Shown here one piece after another: positions 39,962-53,600 of a stretch of 64,000 bases of DNA (the first letter of the stretch is position 1; every line of letters begins with the position of its first letter). The notes below the pieces were generated by a model that saw nothing but the letters and a program-made list of their open reading frames with translations, was not told the DNA's origin and made no database searches. Both the position numbers and the translations under genes were made by a program. This DNA is from Octopus sinensis (lineage: Eukaryota): positions 17,174,001-17,238,000 of the forward strand of contig NC_043015.1 in NCBI RefSeq assembly GCF_006345805.1, given 5' to 3'.

Positions 39962-39962
<1 letters not shown>
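39716..39962 (-). mobile_element. 3' part of the orphan non-coding (ATT)n-tailed element
   Basis: Matches 56949-57250 with an internal deletion. Confidence 0.8.
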
Positions 39963-39994
<32 letters not shown>

Positions 39995-39998
<4 letters not shown>

Positions 39999-42110
39999 AG
40001 AAAATACAGAAAACACTCTTAGAACAAACAGACTTTTCGACAACATCAACCCTCCGGCTCCGCAACCCTCAACAGAACCATTCCTACCACCACCAGCACC
40101 ACCAGCATTACCACAACCCCACCTCATCCCCAAAAGAAAGCTTACACAACAATAATTAGCCACACAGACACCAAATTTCGTGCTTGTGAGGAGAGCCAAC
40201 GAAGAACTCACAGCCTTCTTAGCACGAAGTAAAGATATTTGGGAAACAGAGCAGTAAATTTTGGCACCAGGACTTTTAATGTGCCACAAACTTTAATGTG
40301 GGTGCGCGTGACCTTCATATATACAAAAGCATTAGGAGAATGTTTCCACTATAACGTGGGAACCTGAGTTAAATGGGAGAGGTGGTAGTGCTGTTTAGAA
40401 GAGGTCTGGTGTTCGAGGTACGGACGATCTTCCTCGACCCGGATTGTCCTGAATGTGAGTAATAGCGAAGGTGGTGCTTTTCGACTAGTAGCTACCTGCA
40501 ACCGGACAGGGAAGAGGCAGCAGGATTTCTTCAGACGTTTGAAGATTTTCCTTGGGACGTCTCGCCCTTTAGTGCTAATGGGTGATTGGGACGTCATCTT
40601 GGACGCACACCTGGACTGTGTGGGGTCAATCGATAGAAGAGTGGGGTGTAAAAGCCTCACAAAACTGCTCAGTCACTTCCAACTGACTGACAGGTACCAA
40701 CTGGATTTCTCGAAGCGTCAATGTGAACATTGGCCAACAGCATCGAGTCATCCAGATTGTATCTAGAAATGGCATAAGTTGTTCACTGTTCAAAGTCGTC
40801 GGCTATATAGACCACAAATTTGTGACCTATACAGTCGACTTAGATAGATTGCATACGCAGGGCCCCAGATACTGACGGCGTGCTGACGGCGAATTTAGCT
40901 TTCGACCAAGTTTTCATTACCAAGCATGGTTGCTTTATCAGCACTAGGGCGCATGCTCTAAGACTTGAGGGAAAAACAGCCGTTCAACGAGCTCGTGCGG
41001 AAGAAGCACAACGTGGCAACAAAGCCATTGACAGGACGGGATGGGCTCTTGCTACTTGAATCGAGGGAGATGTGCGCGGAATTTCAGTGGTACTCTGCCG
41101 AGCTGTGCTGGACGCGCAGTGAATCGGAGATGGAATGGATTGTATCTCCTACCTTGACGGTCTGTCGCAGCATTCGTCTAGGTTTGCGGAGTTCTGCGAA
41201 ATGCCGATAACAACCGAAGACATACGTGATGTGATGACTGGATGCACGAGAGAGGAGTCACTGGAGGCCGGATGGTTTGTCCTTCGAACTTTATATTCTT
41301 TTGCCAGCCTTGTTCGGAGATCTCTTGGTAGATGTCTACCGCAACTAGCAGCAGAACTGGAGAATTCTTAATCCTATGAGCTGAGGTGTGGTGGTTCTGC
41401 TGAGAGAGGATCCGAAGGAGGGGGTCTATATCGATAATTTTAGGCCCGTAACTCTGCTAAACGTAGATTACAAGATTTTGGCCAAGGTGTTAGCCAAGAG
41501 GTTGACACCTCTCGTAGTTAGACTAGTCGGTGACGCGCAAGCATGCGCCATCACAAGCAGACATCCCTACGACAACCTCCACCTCACGTGCACATCATAG
41601 AGAGGTTATGTAAAAAGCCTTGCATGGGCGGGACCCTGATTACGATAGTATCGACCATCAATACTTGACGACTGTCTCCGCGGTGGCCAGCTTCGTGCCG
41701 TGTTCAGAGGCTGAATTGCCGTACTTCGACATCTACAGTGGTCAAAATAAATCACCACCTATCAAAATCGTTTAGCACTGCACATTCGGTCCGTCAAGAA
41801 TGCCCGCTCTTGCTCCTTTTGTACTTGCTGGCTCTCGAGACAATACTACAGAAGCTGGATGTTTTCGAGGGGTAGCCAACGTGAACTAGGTTACGTAAGA
41901 TTCGCGTCTGCTTATGTGGACAACGTTACCATCATAGTGTCGGACATCTCGTACATCTCGGAAATGGAGGTGATCGGCACAACCATATGGGAATACGAAG
42001 CAGTGTCAGGAGCAAGGATTAACCAGAAGTCGGTGGGCTTCCAGCTCGGCACCTGAAGAGACAAGTTCACGCCGCCCGACACGTCGATTCGTTGACGATG
42101 AGCAGCTGTG
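39995..42110 (+). mobile_element. Decayed Tx1-clade LINE related to 50410-56266
   Basis: FRRLKIFLGTSRPLVLMGDW and FRPVTLLNVDYKILAKVLAKRL; the upstream Pro-rich stretch with NEELTAFL resembles the ORF1 C-terminus (RNQELVEYL). Confidence 0.85.
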
Positions 42111-42199
42111 ATTACCGTTTGTTAGACAGGATTTTCCGCAGTTCGTTACATTGGCGGAACTACTGTCCTGGATCAACCTATAACTGCCTTGACAACATA

Positions 42200-42480
42200 A
42201 TTAATTCAAAAGGAGCTATGGACCCAAAAATTGCATCTTGAATTCAAAAAGCAGCTAAAGTTTTTGGTCCTCTTAGGAATCGTACGTGGTTACAACAACA
42301 TATTAAGGTCATCACAAAAGTTTTGGTTTCTCGTGCATTTTTACTATTCTCCTTTATTTGTTGGAAGCATGGACTGTTTACGGCAATCACACAAAACCTT
42401 TAAAACACTTTCACCAAAAGTGTCTTCCTAAAATTCTCAGGATTTGTTGGAAATCGTTTACACCAATAGAAATTTTAGAG
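42200..42480 (+). mobile_element. RTE LINE C-terminal fragment
   Basis: EAWTVYGNHTKPLKHFHQKCLPKILRICW. Confidence 0.7.
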
Positions 42481-42490
42481 AGCAGGAATA

Positions 42491-43318
42491 TAGAGGGTGC
42501 GATGGGTAAATTGTCACGAATTTATATTATTCATTTCGCACATACACATTGTTTATTTTTGATTTTGTCGTCTACACAGCATAGTAGGGTCAGTTGGACA
42601 CCGTCTGTGAGACAAATAGTACCATGACGCAATTCACTCTGCTAGAAATTTGGAAAAGACATGCTGTACTGCTTGGCATTCGCGCCGGAAGCTCCAATAC
42701 GAATATTTCAGAGTGTTTAGGTGTCAATCTGAGGACAGTGCAATCTGAGGATATGTACCGAGAGTGATAAAAATCAAACATCCAGTCAACATCATGGCGT
42801 TTGGAGTGATCACTAGTGATGACCACGTTATGCCTCCATTCACCTTCCAGACTCAACACGAAGGCCTACATCGAGTGCTGGAGGAGGTAGTGCTGTCCTG
42901 GGTCAAAAAGGTGGTTTCTGGAAGACCCTATGTCTGGCAACAGGACTCTGCACCATGAGAACCCAGTCATGGTTGTTAAACAATATCTGCGACCACATCA
43001 CCCCTAAAATCTGGCCACCTAACTCCCCACACCGCAACCCCATTGACTATTATGCTTGGGGCACAGTTGAACTAGAAACCAAAGATGACCTGAAGGCAAG
43101 GATTATGGCATCAGACCGTCCAGAAGAGTTGCAGGAGATTCCGAAGTCGTCTGGAGGCTGTGGTTGAAGTCAATGGCGATTTTATTGAATAAATTTACTC
43201 TTTAGTATGTCAAGATATTTTAATGTAATTTTGGTAAATATATATATCTGTTAAAATGAAATGTCAGTGGCATTTTCATTTTTGCGTAATTTAGACGACA
43301 ATTTATTCACCGCACTGT
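42491..43318 (+). mobile_element. Tc1/mariner (maT/DD37D-like) remnant with imperfect TIRs
   Basis: KHPVNIMAFGVITSD, WQQDSAP, WPPNSP..NPIDY; termini share GTGCG.TG..TAAATTGTC in inverted orientation. Confidence 0.75.
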
Positions 43319-43329
43319 GTATATGTGTG

Positions 43330-43405
<76 letters not shown>

Positions 43406-43709
43406 CGTGTGTGCGTGCGTGCGTGCGTGTGTGCGTATGTATACATGCATACATATACACACATAGTACCCTAAATATAAATACACATACAAATATACAT
43501 ATTCGAAAATTAAAAGGGAAAATGATCAAGGTAAAATGGTTAATATAGCAATAAATACCCGTAGAAGACTCATAAATCAAAGAATAACGACTATAGCTAC
43601 TACTAATAGAATCGTAAGGCTCATATAAACTAATTAATAGCCATAGATACTAAGACTGTATCCGATAATAGAAGGAAATTCAGTAAATTCCAAAACGAAT
43701 AATATATAT

Positions 43710-43990
43710 ATATATATATAACTGAGAATGTGTGTCTGTATGTATGCATCACTAAAACTCGGTAACTACCCAACCGATTTCATTCAAATTTTCACATGCC
43801 TTACTTATGGTCAATGCAGTGCCATGGGCCAAAAAATTTTCAACTTCTTTCCTAATGCGAGCCCGAAGCTATCTCTTTTTAGTATTACGTATCATAAGTG
43901 AAATACTAACATCTCTATTGTAATGTGAGATAATACTTTCAGTTTTAATGGTTCCACTATTAATACTGAAACTATTAAAAGTTAAACTAT
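43710..43990 (+). mobile_element. Possible Helitron-like non-autonomous 5' fragment
   Basis: Starts from (TA)n with ...caaccgatttcattcaaattttcac, typical of such 5' ends; no 3' end found. Confidence 0.35.
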
Positions 43991-44230
43991 TATCTCACAC
44001 ACACACACACACACACATATTATGTATGTATGTATATATATATATATATATGTATACATGCATATATGTGTATATACATTTCCACATATATATGTATGTA
44101 TATATATGTATATATGTATACATATATATATATATAGATAGCTGTATATGTATATATATAGATTTATATGTACATACGTGTGTATATGTATGCATATACA
44201 TGTATATGTATGAATATATGTATGCATGTA

Positions 44231-44310
<80 letters not shown>

Positions 44311-44364
44311 TGTATATGTATAGAAGTATATATATATAGAGATTTATATGTGTGTATATATACT

Positions 44365-44762
44365 CTTTTACTCTCTTTTACTTGTTTCAGTCATTTGACT
44401 GCGGCCATGCTGGAGCACCGCCTTTAATCGAGCAACTCGACCCCGGGACTTATTCTTTGTAAGCCCAGTACTTATTCTATCGGTCTCTTTTTTGCCGAAC
44501 CGCTAAGTGACGGGGACGTAAAGACACCAGCATCGGTTGTCAAGCAATGCTAGGGGAACAAACACAGACACACAAACAAACACATATATATATATACATA
44601 TATACGACAGGCTTCTTTCAGTTTCCGTCTACCAAATCCACTCACAAGGCATTGGTCGGCCCGGGGCTATAGCAGAAGACACTTGCCCAAGATGCCACGC
44701 AGTGGGACTGAACCCGGAACCATGTGGTTGGTTAGCAAGCTACTTACCACACAGCCACTCCT
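44365..44762 (-). mobile_element. Full-length SINE family B
   Basis: Reverse complement of 22600-22985. Confidence 0.85.
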
Positions 44763-44840
44763 GTGTGTGTATATATATATATATGTGTATGTATGTATGT
44801 ATGTATGTATGTATGTATCTATGTATATATGTATGTATGT

Positions 44841-45110
44841 GTGAAAAGACGGCTGGATTGTAAAAATTAATTTTTGCAATCAAGCCGGCCGGCGTCATCA
44901 AAACTGAAAATTGTGCAATGAAAGAAAAATTTAAACAAGAAATGAACAAAAAAAAAAAAGCATGGAAGGAAAAAAATGTGCAGTCAGTTAGCAAGAGATG
45001 TGAACGCCAAAACAGATATAGAGAACCGGTGGCTATGGATGAAGAGGAGTGACCTGAGATGGAGACAGAAGCACTCATATGTGCTGCACAGGAACAAGCG
45101 TTAAGGACCA
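44841..45110 (+). mobile_element. Inverted continuation of the Dong-like LINE at 45253-47290
   Basis: AGVIKTENC...METEALICAAQEQALRT on the plus strand. Confidence 0.7.
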
Positions 45111-45252
45111 CTACCGATAACGACAAATGCAAACTGTTTCGGCTTATATATATATTTTCTGATATATATAATCACAGTTCCATTATATATATAGTCACTT
45201 CAAGGTCTTTTTTTTTTTTTCAGAAAAATCCGAAATTCCTGTGTGGAAAGGT

Positions 45253-47290
45253 CGGCTTGATTGCAAAAATTAATTTTTACAATCCAGCCGTCTTTTCACC
45301 TTTCTTCTGGACAAGTACAGCCTATCGGTGTCACTCATAGGGTGGAAGGCTTCGTGTACATTTTTCTGGTCTTGGTATCCATTTTTTTCATTTCTCTCCT
45401 TCGTCATTTTATAATTCCCGTCCCATAAACGTATTAACTGCTTGGATTTTATTCTATCCAGTCAATTTTGAGCGCAACACAACCTCAGTCTTCGGAAATA
45501 TTCCATCTTCAGTTGACCTTTCATTTCTTTTTCCCTTATCTCGTCGCACTCTAGTACACCAAAGTATTTGTAGCCTTTGGTTTCAATTAGCTTAATGAAG
45601 TCTCTATTCGGTAATTCTATCCCTGCTATGGACTTTATCATGCCTCTTTTTTGGTAGATTACTCCGCACTTTTTGAGTCCAAATTCCATTCTAATAGCAG
45701 TACTAAAACAGTGGACCGTGCTCACCAAGGAACTCACTTGTCTCATCTTTGTCATACAATTTCAAATCATTCATGAAGAGGAGGTGGTTGATTGTTTGGA
45801 ATTTTGATTGTCAGGTTCATTTTCCTGAGTACCAAGGTCAGGGGTATCATGCAGAGAACGAAAAGGAGATAGGCTGTCACCTTGGAAAATCCCTCTTCTG
45901 ATACCCAGGATACCCAAGCTTTTCCCGTAAAATGTCAGTTCAGTTGTCCAGCCCACCATACCTCTCTTCAGGAAACACATTACATTCCTAGCAATTCCAA
46001 ACAGATCGAAGCACTCAATGATCAACGAATGTAGAATCATATCATAAGCTTTGCGATAGTCAATCCAGGTCATTCTCAGGTTTGTTCTCCTTTGTTTACA
46101 ATCTTGCATAACCATTTTGTCTATCGATAGTTGATCTTTGATACCTCTGTATCTCCTTCTACGGCTTTTTTGTTCTGGCGGTAATATATCGTTCTCATCA
46201 AGAAATTTATACAGTTCGTCTGCAGTTTCTCCTGATATAAACGGGAGGCAAGAAATTGGTCTGTATTTGTCAACAACATTTCCCTTTGATGCATCCTTCA
46301 GGTACAACACCGTTCATCCTTTTGTCAACCAGCTTGGGATTTCATCTTCTCCATTGATCAATGCATTAAATTGTTCTGCGATCAATTTATGGCAACTACT
46401 GAACATTTTTATCCCAAATCCCTGTGCACGATCAAGTCCTGCTGCTTTCCAATTGCTTATCTTTTTACTCACATTTCTGATATTGTCGTCTGTGAAATGG
46501 ATAACCTCTTGCTGGGGATAAGAAGCTGTTTGCTTCAGGCTGCAGAGCCATTCAGCTGTAGTATTATGTTGCTTACCCCCAAAAAGTCGACTTTTATCAG
46601 CATCAGGGACTAATCCTTCACATTTTTTTTTGTCATCATTAATCTCTTGATAAAATCTTTTTTGGTTGGTTCTAAACAATTTGTTTTACTGGTATTGCTT
46701 AATCTGTTGTTCAAACCTAGTTAGCTTTGCTTTGTTTGTATGTATGTATGCTTCAGTTCTTCAATTACAACATTCAGACCTTTTGTATCTACACCATACA
46801 TCTTCCAAACTTTTTTGATTTTCTATTCATTCTTAAGTTCGCCATTTCTTTTCCTGACAAGTATAACTTCAGAAGTTTTCCTTTTCCATCACGGTTGTTT
46901 ATTTCTTCTTCTATCCGTCGCTGTTCTATTCTCAGTAGTTCTCAATCCTGTCCTTTCCTCCACAATCCTGCTTGCAGCTTTGATAAGATTATTAGTTTGT
47001 GTGATGCTCTTTGTTTGAATGTGTCTCAGTACAATATTAACTTTATTCGTCCTTTGATTTAGTCTCCATTGGTTAGCCTTCTTAAAGTCGCACATAAATT
47101 CTGTCCCTTCTGTATGTTATTAAACAGATCCAAAATTCTGTTTGTTATTAATCCATCTTCATTATTTGAGTAGTCACTGATCCCAATTCTTTCACAATTC
47201 ACGGTATTATATTCCTGCGAACAATTGTCCATATCGTCCACTACCACTTTCATTTCTCGCATGCCCAACCTCACTCGATATACTTCTGTT
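45253..47290 (-). mobile_element. Decayed R4/Dong-like LINE (RT region)
   Basis: [34 protein letters not shown]. Confidence 0.85.
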
Positions 47291-49064
47291 CGAAATTACT
47301 GAACTGAGATTATATGACCAACAAGAAACGAACAAAAAATGTACCTAGTAAAGAAGCTATTGAAATATCTCACGCAGGTGGGACCATCTTTAGGTGCTTA
47401 TGGACCTAGATACTGTAGCAAAGAAATATCGAAATATAATTAAATTGATAGTCTTGGGGTATTCATGGGTCCATTGCACTTACCTTAAGATGACACTGTA
47501 CACAAGCCGCAAACCAAAGTGATCGTCTCAATAAAAAGGAAAGGAATTATTTGCTAGGATATCTTAAGAGAATAAGTAACTTATAACTCATCCTAGAAAT
47601 ATATCTTTCAAATTTTTAACTTCATATTTTAGAGATTTTTTACGTAAAATTTCTAAACTTTTTTTTGCTCTACTTCTTCAATTACGCCGGTAAACACTTT
47701 ACTATTAAATTTTTAGGTATCAGGCGTTCTTGGATGTTTTTCACGCAGATATTGTTTTAAGTTTGTTGATTAATGACAAATTCAAATCTTAATTGTTAAT
47801 TTATAACTCACGCACGCACATCCACCACAACGAACGTATACTAAATCGCACACCCACATACACCTCTACACCTACACACAAGAACACATGCATATCTTTA
47901 ATGTTATAGAAGATAGGCTGAACTACAATTTTAATGATTTTCTCAGATCCTATATCATACGGGTTGCATATATTAGTTGCTATAGATGGAAATATACCAT
48001 TATCTATTGTTGATAAAGGTATATCATTGGCTGTTGTAGGTTAAGTTAAACCATCGATTGCTGGAATGGAGGCGTACGATTGATTGTGGAAGATGGTGTA
48101 GTATTTCTGCATTTGTTTATAAGTCTAGATTCAGAAATATATTTTCCTTCCATTATTATAGTATATAAGTTATTCCTGAGATCTTTTCCTGCAATTATCA
48201 GTTTTGTATGAATTTCATGTTTTTCGCTTTAAAGTGTTTTTTCAACTTTTTTTCCCACCAATTTAGCAGTTATATTACATTTATACAAAAATGGCGTTGA
48301 GATCAGATGCGAATTTACTGAATCTTCGACTCTTCACTGATAAAGACGCACTGTATAAGAATCCATTTCAACAATATTTTAAAATAAGTTAGTGTTTATT
48401 AATGTACACTTTTAATTGACACCAAACTCTTACACTTGAGATTCGTTCTTCCAATTTTATGTCAAAAATAAATTCTAGAGATTTTTCTCTAGATAGATAT
48501 TCTCTTTATGGACATCGTTCTAAATATTTCTTTTAGAAAAGTAGAAAGTCTGAACAGAAGTCTCATTAGTTCTTTCTGTGACATTTTGTAAGTAACATAT
48601 CAATAGGCCACCGATTCACACACGCGCGCGTGAAACAAAAGCATTACAATCGATATTTACTGTACGTGTCGTGCAAGATATTACGTTTCCTTGCACCATT
48701 ACTCAATAATCTTTTGTCTACTACTGATTTTGCTTGTATGTAGTTAAATGAAGTCATATGTCTATGCATGATAATTTAAGAGAACACACATCTTATGTAT
48801 ATAGCCTGCTTACATGCTAAATACATTCATATACTGTCAGACATAAAAATAAGAGCATATACATTCAAATATTTTCAGACTTATTCACACATATACAAAC
48901 ATTTATATAACACACATAGACACACATAGACAGACTAAAATAATAACACGTGCGGTCACACTTATTCATATTTAAACTGAACATAACGGAGTATTTTAAT
49001 TGAAGATATTGTATTTAAAGTTATGATAGTGTGTGACTGCACGTTACACCAGAAATAATGCACG

Positions 49065-49290
49065 AGAAGGAGAAGGAGGAGGGGGAGGAAGAAGAGAAGA
49101 AGAAGAAGGTGGTGGAGGAGGAGGAGGAGGAGGAGGAGAGGAAGAAAAAGAAGAAGAAGAAGAAGAAGAAGAAGAAGAAGAAGAAGAAGAAGAAGAAGAA
49201 GAAGGTGGAGGAGGAGGAGAAGAAGGTGGAGAAGAAGAAGAAGAAGAAGAAGAAGAAGAAGAAGAAAAGAAGAAGAAGAAGAAGAAGACT
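49065..49290. repeat. (GAA)n/(GGA)n polypurine microsatellite
   Basis: Direct observation. Confidence 0.95.
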
Positions 49291-50046
49291 GTTCTTTTCT
49301 CCATTTGCAAGGAGAATAAGCAGCATATGAGAGATGCATCATTGCTCGGAGCTGAAGTTTTGTGACAATTTCTGTTTTTTTAGAGGTGTGGCTTACTTTA
49401 TGTCTGACCTTGATGCTTTCTTCCCTGCTTTCTTTTCCTTCCTATCACTTATCTCGTTATATGTGCAACCTTTTTTCTAACAAACATAGGCAACCTCCAA
49501 AAATGTAAGTGTGTAAGAAACAGAACACTTGTTGCTGCAGCAAACAGTGATAGAAGCAACATGTGGTTGAGGAGTGCCGGTTTAGATGGAAGATTGGAGA
49601 AAGTGGTTACGGGAAGCAGAGGGAGGCAAAGAAAGAAAGCAAACTGATGTAATATAATATAAGTAGCAAAGTATATGAATAAATAGGCTAATATACAGTC
49701 ATAGAATGTACAAGCAGCGACAACTACAACTTGATAATGTTATGGCAATAACTAAAGTATCAAATACAGATAACGAAGTATTAAGATTAAGAATCAGCAT
49801 GCAGTGTCATCATAAAGTAGATGCTTTGGGTGCTACAGTACCGGGGCCCACGATCCCCCTGGGAAAAGAGACATAAATGAATATTTCGAGAGGGATGGGG
49901 TAAGACCTCTCAGTACCCGAAGATGGCGCAGCCTGTAGGCAGAATGTAAACGGAAGCAACTAATCTTTTCAAGCCATATAGTTTAGAACTCTTATTACTT
50001 CAGATGGGCGCCATCGAGGAAATGATGATGATGATGATGATGATGA

Positions 50047-50228
50047 TCCTTTCTGCTATAGGGCAACGCCTGAAATTTGGTAGGACTCCAGTGCGTCACT
50101 GGTATTTATTTTATAGACCCCGAAAGGATGAAAGACACGGCGGAATCTGAACTCAGAACGTAAAGACGGACGAAATGCCGCTAAGTATTTTGCCCGATAT
50201 GCTAACGATTCCGTCAGCTTGCTGCCTT
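50047..50228 (-). mobile_element. SINE family A with head abutting (ATT)n
   Basis: Minus strand reads (TAT)n-aaggcagcaagctgacggaatcgttagc.... Confidence 0.75.
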
Positions 50229-50310
50229 ATAATAATAATAATATAATAATAATAATATAATAATAATAATAATAATATAATAATATAATAATAATATAAT
50301 AATAATAATA

Positions 50311-50409
<99 letters not shown>
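50228..50409. repeat. (AAT)n array at the Tx1 3' end
   Basis: Direct observation. Confidence 0.95.
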
Positions 50410-50692
50410 CAATTCTTTTTTATTGGCCACAAGGGCTGACACGCATGATTACATAAAGGGACAAGACAGGACGAAAGGTTACAAAGGGTTTTGCCGTTTT
50501 TTTAAAAAACATCGAGTAAAAATCTTTATAACAACTTATAAAATTCAACAATGAAAAACTCCCAAAAGGGGGAGACGTTTCGAAAGGTTCCTGGTGGAAA
50601 AAACCCTACAAAAGCCAACGGGAGCCTGGTCAAAAAAAAGGGGTGTAGAGAGTCCCCTTTCTTCTCCTTTTACATTACCTTTTTCTTTGAAA

Positions 50693-53600
50693 TCACAGGC
50701 GAAACCTGAGAACTGGTCCATTTATACAGGCCAGTCTCGCACAATTCACCCACCTTTCATAAAACTTGCTATCGGACAGCACTTTCCTCTCTAACCTCAT
50801 CTTCCTTTTCAAGTGAAACTTGAAAAAGTTGATGAGGCCTTGACCAAAGAGGAAAGTGTCTGTCTTTAGCCCTTTCAAACGAGTCCACCACACGACCTCT
50901 TTCGCCACAGCCACTAGGCACAAGAAAACGGCCTCGCCCTCCTTGTTAAAGGAGGTCGGCGGGGCAATCTTCACTATGGATTCGGCCGATAGTCGGATCC
51001 GTCCTACACGTGACAGTAGCTGTTCGACATAAACCCATATTTCAGCAATACTCGGGCACTGAACGAGTGCGTGCAGAACGGTTTCGTCGTCCTGGCAACA
51101 CCTCGGGCAGGCCCGGCTGACGGTACTTCCGTGCCGGTAGAGTTTATCTCGAATAGGCAGAGCCCCTCGGTAGCACTGCCAAGCGAGAGACCTCTGGAAA
51201 TTATCCATCGGCCCCGGCCCGAAAGTCCTCCCGAACAGACCGCACAGTTCGTCATCTTCAACGCCTAGAGTTTCCCCGAGAACGTCGTCGCATTTTTCCT
51301 CCACTAACCCTCTATAGAACGCTAGAGTGGAGCTGTAACCGACCGCATTGCCCGCCTGGCGGAGGGCGGAGAGGGCTTGACGGCACTCGAGGTGCCAAGC
51401 GCCCTTTCTCGGTCTACGTTTGATCCAGGTCTGCAGTTCCGTCAAAGAGACGAGCTGCGGAAAATCGCGTCTGACAAAAGACGACCACACCTGTTCACCG
51501 TCTAGGAAGCGCTTGAGATGCCGCAGCCTGAGCGCATGTCTGCGCAACAGCAACCACGGCATTCCAAGGCCTCCGTTCAGCGGTCGTTGACAGCAGATGG
51601 ATCGCCTGACCAGTGGCACCTGACCCTTCCACAAAAAGTCGAAGAGCAGACGTACCAGCTTGGCCAACCAGCGGTCGGGACAAGGGACGACGGTCAAGCG
51701 GTAATAGATGACGGATGCGATGTACGCATTCGCCACCTCCGCTCGACCTTTCAGGGACAGCTTCCTCTCGGCCCATTTCTGGGTGAGACGTGCCACCCTG
51801 CTCGTCACCTCTTCCCAGTTCTTATCCACCTGGAGGTCCGGACCGAACCAGACCCCGAGCAGTTTAACGGGTCCGTCTGTCCAGCGCCCTACGACGCTGT
51901 TGGACGGCATGGGCTTGCCTCTCCAGGTGCCCAGTTGCAAGCCCACAGACTTTTCCGCGTTAATCTTTGCCCCTGTCACCGCTTCGTACTGGTTTAGCGT
52001 CTCGCCAATCAGGCCAATGTGCCTGTGGCTCGACACCACCACGGTGACGTCGTCGGCATAAGCAGACACGCTGTTTCCGCCTCCTAGATCGCGCGGGATA
52101 CCCCTCAAAGCCTCCAACTTGCGCAGTAATGGCTCGAGAGTCAAAATGTACAAGAGGGAGGAGAGAGGGCATCCTTGGCGGACCGAACGCGAGATGTCGA
52201 ACGGTTCCGAAAGGTGACCGTTCACCCGTATCACTGAGCAGATGTTGCTGTATAAAGCAGCGATCCACCCGCGGAAGACTGGACCGAAGCCGGCTGCCCT
52301 GAGGACAGCTGCCAGGTACCGATGGTCGACCCTATCGAAGGCTTTACTCTGATCCAAGTTGATCAAAGCCCCACCCGCGCCAGCGTCGTTACCCACCCTC
52401 TCTATGATGTAGCGCATGAGATGGAGGTTGTCGTGTATCGACCTGGTCGGCACGGCGCATGTCTGCGTCTCGCCGACCAGCTTGTCCACGACAAGCGCCA
52501 ATCTCTTGGCTAGCACCTTGGCCAAAATCTTCAACTCTGCATTGAGCAGAGTGATGGGCCGGAAATTCCCTATAACGTCCCCCTTGTTTGGGTCCTTCTT
52601 TAGCAAAGCCACCACCCCTCGACAGACAAAAGCAGGAATTCTCCCGTTTTGCTGCCAGTTGCAGTAGACGTTTGCCAACAGGTCCGCAAACAAGTCTGGC
52701 ATTGAAAAGTAAAGCTCGTAGGGCAGACCATCCAAACCCGGCGATCTACCTCTCGTGCAACTCTTCATCGCTTCCTGTACTTCCCAGGCAGATATCGGTC
52801 CTTCGCAGCACTCTGCCTCGCTGTCCGAGAGTTGCGGCAGTCCGTCCAGGTACACACCGAAGTCTGTACCGTTGGTGTCCGTTCCACCGCTCGTCCCAAA
52901 CAGTTGAGCAAAGTGCCGCTGAAGCACCGTACACATCTGCTTCGGTTGGGTAACCTCGCGCCCGTTCTGGTCCACCAAAGACCGAATGGTTGCTCTGTTG
53001 CCTCGCTTCGCCTCCGCCACGCGGGCCCATCGAGCGGCTCTAGTCCCCTCCCCGCTTAGCGAACGTGCCTTAGCTCTGACAACGCAGCCTTCGTGTTTGG
53101 CGTCGAAGTGTTGGTCGAGGGCCAACCTTGCCGCCAACACGTCGGTCGCGATGCCAGTGTCAAGAGCCTCGTCTAGTTTCTTAACTAAATCCCGCTCTCT
53201 CTTCCTACGTTCAATAGCTAGAGTCTTACTATACCTAATCGACTCTACTCTAATTGCTCTCTTGAGGGCAAACCACCAGTTGTTGTTGATGATTGCCCCC
53301 GTGAGCGCCCGCTTAACTAGTAAACTAATCCGGTCTCTGTAAGCTTTGCACGCCGTTAACGACGCGTTCAGCTTCCAGTAGCCGGGTCCCTGTCTATGTA
53401 GCCTATCTAAGTCGACCGTACAGATCACTAATTTGTGGTCCGTATATTCGACTAGGTGGAATTGTGGACACCCTACGCTGTCCTTATCCGCTGGCCTACA
53501 AAACACTCTATCTAAGTACGATCTAGACGACCCGATGCGGTTTGTCCAAGTCCACATTGGCACATTCGGGTTGTCTAGTCGAAACCTGTCGGACAGCTGA

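Noticed and set aside
43655-43700. Possible decayed hammerhead (GGAAATT/AATTCC stem then AAAACG)
   Set aside because: Both core boxes are disrupted; not distinguishable from chance in AT-rich DNA.
47440-48300. Strong minus-strand donor AAG|GTAAGT near 47480, a plus-strand exon-like stretch 47947-48039 and AAAATGGCG near 48287
   Set aside because: Isolated motifs with no coherent gene model or recognisable protein.
49021-49365. PolyE/K/G and polyF/L/S ORFs
   Set aside because: Translations of the (GAA)n/(GGA)n microsatellite.
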